Of a stretch of 64,000 nucleotides of DNA, positions 58,917-64,000 are shown piece by piece (the stretch's first letter is position 1; each line of letters starts with the position of its first letter). The notes under the pieces were generated by a model. That model had not been told where the DNA came from and did not search any database. It saw only the letters and a list, made by a program, of their open reading frames with translations. The stretch lies in assembly GCF_009914755.1 (NCBI RefSeq), contig NC_060932.1; one strand, written 5' to 3'. Origin of the DNA: the human T2T-CHM13v2.0 reference genome, Homo sapiens. Both the position numbers and the translations under genes were made by a program.

Positions 58917-59331
58917 TGATTTAATTTGAACGTTTGTCTCCTCGAAATCTCATGTTAAAATTTGATTCCCAGAGTTGGAGGTGGGGTCTAGTGGGAGGTG
59001 TTTGGGCAGAGCCTTCATGAATGGCTTGTGTCATTCTCATTCTCATGAGATTGAGTGCGTTCTCATTCTTAGTTCCTGCAATATCTGGTTGTTAAAAAGA
59101 GTATGGCACCTCTCTCCCATCTCTCTTTCCTCCTTTCTTACCATGTGAGACCTACTCTCCTTCCCCTTCCACCATAAGTGGAAGCGTCCCGAAGCCCTCA
59201 CCAGAAGCAAATGTTAGCATACACCATCCTTCTTGTACAGCCTGCACAACCATGATACAAATAAACATCTTTTCTCTATAAATCATCTAGACTAAGGTAT
59301 TTCTTTAGAGCAATGCAAACAGACTAAGACA
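58917..59331 (+). mobile_element. MST (MSTB/C-like) solo LTR
   Basis: TG...AAATCTCATGTTAAAATTTGATTCCCAGAGTTGGAGGTGGGG...GCAATGCAAACAGACTAAGACA; flanks ACCAA/ATCAA. Confidence 0.85.
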
Positions 59332-62300
59332 ATCAATCAATAACTCTTTTAAACATGAATGGTCTAAATATACTAATTAAAAGGCAGAGACTGCCAAGCT
59401 AGACTGAAAAAAAAAAAAAACAGAAAAAAAACTCAGGTATGTCTTGTTTATAAGAAACCCACTTTAAATACAAAGAATCATATAAAACAAAAGTAAAGGG
59501 ATGAGAAAGATATGTTATGCTAACATTAATCAAAATAAAGAGGAGAAACTATATTAATTTCAGACAGAGCAGTCTTCAGAGTAAGGAATATTATCAGCAA
59601 TAAAGTGGGGCATTTCATAATGATAAAGTGGTCAAATCTCTAAGAAGACATAACAATCCTTAATGTGTTTGCACCTAATAACAGAGCATCAAAATAGATG
59701 AAGCGAAAACTGATCAAACTGCAAAGGGAAACAGATGAACTTACTATTACATGTGTATACTTTAATACCCTTCTTTCAGAAGTAGACAGATCTAGCAGGC
59801 AGAAAATCAATAAGGACATAGTTGAACTCAACAGTACCGTTAATCAACAGGATATCCATTGACAACATCATCCAATAACAGCAGAACACACATTCTTCTC
59901 AAGCTCACATGGAACATTCACTAAGATAGACCACACTTCAGACCGTAAAATTGCACCTGAAAAAATTTGAATAAATAAAAATTTTATAATGACTGCTCTA
60001 AGCCCACAATGAAATTAAGCTGGAAATCAATAACAGAATAATAGTTAAAAAATACCACAATACTTGGAGATTTAAAAATATAGTTCTAAAAATACATGGG
60101 TCAAAGAAAAAATATTAGATAAATTTTAAAACATTTTAAAGTATACAAGAGTGAAAATACAACTTACCAAATGTGGGAGGCAGTGAAAGCTGTGCTTAGA
60201 TGAAAATTTATATCATTGAATGCATATATCAGAAAGAAAAAAATCTAAAATCAATAATATAAATGTCCACCTTAGAAAACCAGTAAAAGAAGAGAAAAAT
60301 TAAATCCAAAGTAAGTATAAGAACAAAAATAATAAAAACAAGACCAGAAATCAATGAACCTGAAAACAAGAAATGAAAAGAGAAAATTAACAAAATCAAG
60401 TGGTGGTTTTTTGAAAAGATCAATAAAATTGACCCTTTAGCTATGCTAACAGAAAAAGAGAGAAAACACAAATTCCTAGTATCATCTCTACAGAGTCCAT
60501 AAAAATTAAAAGAATAATAAATAAATACTATGGAGAACTCTATGCCTACACATTTTATCTTCTCAATAAAATGAACGAATTTCTTGAAAGACATAATCTG
60601 CCAAAACTCACAGAAGAAGAAATAGACAATCTGAATAGGCTTATACCTTTTAAATAAATTGAGTTAATAATTAAGCTTCTTAAAACAGGAATAACAGGCC
60701 CAGAGGTGTTTAATGATGAATTCTAAAAAATATTTAGGGAGGAAATTATCCCAATTCTTTACTATTTCTTCCAGAAAATGAAAAAATGAGAAAGTATTTT
60801 CTCATTTTATGAGTCCAGCATTTCCCTGGTACCAACATCAGGTAAAGACATTACAAGAAAAGAAGGCTACAAACCAGTATCTCTCGTGAGCATAGATGCA
60901 AAAATCTTCAACAAATTATGAGTAAATCACATCCAATAATGTATAAAAGAAATTAAAAATCACAGTCAGTGAGATTTGTTCAGGTATGAGGATTGGTTCA
61001 GCATTTGGAAATCTATTAATACAATCCATCACAACAACAGGCTAAAGAGGAAAACTACATGATCATATAAATAGATACAGAAAAATCATTTGACAAAATT
61101 CAGTACCTATTCATGATAAAAACTCTAAGCAAACTAGGATAGAAGAGAATTTATTTAACTTAATAAAGAGTATTTACAAAAAACCTTGCAACTAACCTCA
61201 TATTTAATGGCGAGAAACTAAAAGCTTCTCCACTAAGATCAGGAACACTTTATTGGAAGTCCTAGCTAATGCAATAACACAGAAAGGAAAATAAAAAGTA
61301 TACAGTTTTGTGAGGATGAAATAAAACTGTTTTTCTTTACAGATAACATGATTGTCTATGTAGAAAATCTACAGACAAAGATCTCCTGGAACTAATAAAT
61401 GACTAACACAAAGTTAAGAAATGCAAGGTTAATATATAAAAGTTAAGCACTTTTTTATGCCAGCAATAAACAAGTGGAATTTGAAATAAAAAACACAGCA
61501 CCATTTACATTACCACCCAAAACCATAATATATCTAGGTATAAATCTAACAAAATGTATGTAAGGTCTATATTTAAAAAGCTATAAAGTTTTGATGAGTG
61601 AAATTTTAAAAGAGAAATAAATAAATAAATAAATAAATAAATAAACAAATGGAGAGATATTACTTGTTCATGGATAGGAAGACTCAATATTGTTAAGTTG
61701 TCAGTTCTTCCCAAATTGATATATAAAGTCAATGCAATCCCATCTAAATCTCAAGGAGCTATTTTATATATATATAGTAAAACTATTTCTAAACTTAGCA
61801 TGGAGAGTCAAAAGACCCAGAATAGCCAACACAATATTGAAAGAGAAAAACAATGTCGGAAGATGGATAATATCCAACATCAAGACTTACTACAAAGCTA
61901 TGGTAATCAAGGCAGTATTGTATTGGCAAAAGAATAGTCAGATAAAGCAAGCATAATAGACAGCTCAGAAACAGACCCACATAAATATAGTCAACTAATA
62001 TTTGACAAAGGACAAATGCAGTACTACGGGAAAAGATAGTCTTTTCAACAAATAGTTCTAGAAGAGAACTGGGATAGCTGAAAATAAATAGTTCAACAAA
62101 ATATATAAGCTTAGACACAGACCTTACATTCTTCACCAAAATTAACTTCAAATGGATCATAAACCTAATTGTCAAATGCAAAATTACAAAACTCCTGGAA
62201 GATAACATAGGAGAAAATCTAGATGGCCTTGGATATGGCAATGACTTTTAAAATAAAATCCCAAAGTCATGTTCCATAAAATAAATAACCAATAAGCTGA

Positions 62301-64000
62301 ACTTCACTACAATTAAAAATTTATCTGTGAAAGATACTTTCAAGAAAATAAAAAGACAAGATACAGAATGGGAGAAAATATTTGCCAAAGACATATCTGT
62401 TTAAGAGCTGTTATCTAAAATATACAAAGAACTCTTAAAACTTGACAATTAGAAAATGAACAACCTGAAAAATGAGCAAAAGATCTAGGCAGACACCTCA
62501 CCAAAGAATATATACAGATAGCAAATAAGCATATGAAAAGATGCTCCACATCATGTGTCTTTAGGAAAAGGCAAAATAAAACAATGAGATGCTACTACAG
62601 GCTGATTAGGATGGCCAAAATCCAAAACAGTAACATCAAAAGCTGGTGGAGACGTTGACAAAAAAGGAGCTCTCACTGATTGCTGGTGGTAATGTCAAAT
62701 GATAGGGCCACTTTGGAAGACAATTTGGCAGTTTCTTGCAGAACGAAACATACTTTTACCACATAATACGGCAGTTTGCTTCTTACTATTTATCCAAATG
62801 AATTGAAAAATTACATTCATACAAAAACAAATACACTGGTGTTAATAGCAGATTTATTCACAATTGCCAAAACTTGGAAGCAACCAAAATGTCCTTCAGT
62901 GGTTGAAAAGATAAATAAACTGTGGTATATCCAGATAATGGGGAATCATTGAATACTAAAAAGAATGAGCTATCAAGCCATGAAAAGAGCGATAGCCATG
63001 AAAAGACATAGAGGAAACTTAAATGCATATTACTAGGTGAAAGAAGCCAATATGAAAAGACTATATACTGTATGATTTAAACTATATGACATTCTGGAAA
63101 AGGTAAAACTGTGGAGACAACAAGAAGATCAGTGGTTGGCAGAAGTTTAGTGGGAGAAAGGGATGAATAGGGAGAACACAGGATTTTTAGGGCAGTGAAA
63201 CTATTCTGTATAACACTTTAGTTGTGGATACATATTATACGTTTGTGAAAACCTATAGAATGTACAACACCAAGACTGCACCTTAATGAAAGGTGATATC
63301 ACTTCGAGTGATAATGAACTATCACAGAAAGCTCATTGCTTTTAATAAACTTATTATTGTGGTATTACGGATAGTGAGGTTAGTTTGTGTGTGTGGAAGT
63401 AGGAATATAAGGGAGCTCTGTGTACTTGCTGTTCAATTTTGCTGTGAACCCTAAATTGATCTAAAAATAATGTCTATTCAATCCTGCTGTAAAATGAAAG
63501 AAAAACTTTTCTAAAGTGTTTAATAATGGTGGTTCCCATGACAGACCTATTGCAAAAAAGGTCTGGCTAATTTTTCTGCCAGTATACTTTCATAACTCAG
63601 CTCCAGACCACACAAAGGCAATAACTTCATTTCCACTGTACTTCTAATTACAGTTTGATTTGAGTTATCTATGTTTTGTATGATATGATATTATTGATCT
63701 AGTTTAAAAGAAAACTAATATAGACATGTAAAGTCATGTTAAGTTTTGTGGTCTACATTGTTTATGTGTTAAAATTATAGTTTTAAACATTAACTTACTA
63801 ATGTTATTTTTATTTTTAAATATTGTCAGTTTGCTTTTTGTATAACATAACTACTGATCTTAAGTATGTGACGATATAGCAACTTGACATTGATCTCTTC
63901 ACCTTTCTGACACCTCTTTTATGTAAATGCTAAATTTATTATTCAGTTGCAACGAATTTTTAAAATATACATTTATCGTTTTATTATGCCATATAAACAC

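Larger units (their letters stand above)
58262..63480 (+). mobile_element. L1MC-like LINE (inter-ORF, ORF2, 3'UTR), decayed, with nested AluY and MST LTR
   Basis: ORF2 remnants in the ORF track ([15 protein letters not shown]; [30 protein letters not shown]). 3' end TCAATTTTGCTGTGAACCCTAAA...AATAATGTCTATT. Confidence 0.85.

Overview
Primate, almost certainly human, genomic DNA (dense Alu/L1/LTR/DNA-transposon content, AT-rich, no CpG island). The window holds the complete coding part of HNF4G (hepatocyte nuclear factor 4 gamma, NR2A2) on the + strand. Ten coding exons run from 19451 to 43585 and all introns are GT-AG. The spliced CDS is 118+169+95+107+156+88+153+237+123+122 = 1368 nt, or 455 aa, followed by a ~2.7 kb 3'UTR ending near 46320. 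The rest is intronic or intergenic repeat-derived DNA, and nearly all short ORFs in the track are repeat noise. I found no new protein-coding system. The most unusual object is a ~490 bp L1PA-type insertion in intron 3 (29025-29513). It carries a 36-bp alpha-satellite 3' transduction between two poly(A) tracts plus a tiny twin-priming inversion, which suggests a progeny of an L1 that sat inside (peri)centromeric alphoid DNA. Also notable: two inverted-Alu pairs each bracket an in-frame, stop-free exon cassette (DBD exons 2-3; LBD exons 7-8); candidate gut/endoderm regulatory clusters; and a two-LTR MST provirus converging on the poly(A) site. Repeat subfamily names come from recalled consensus sequences and need RepeatMasker/Dfam confirmation.
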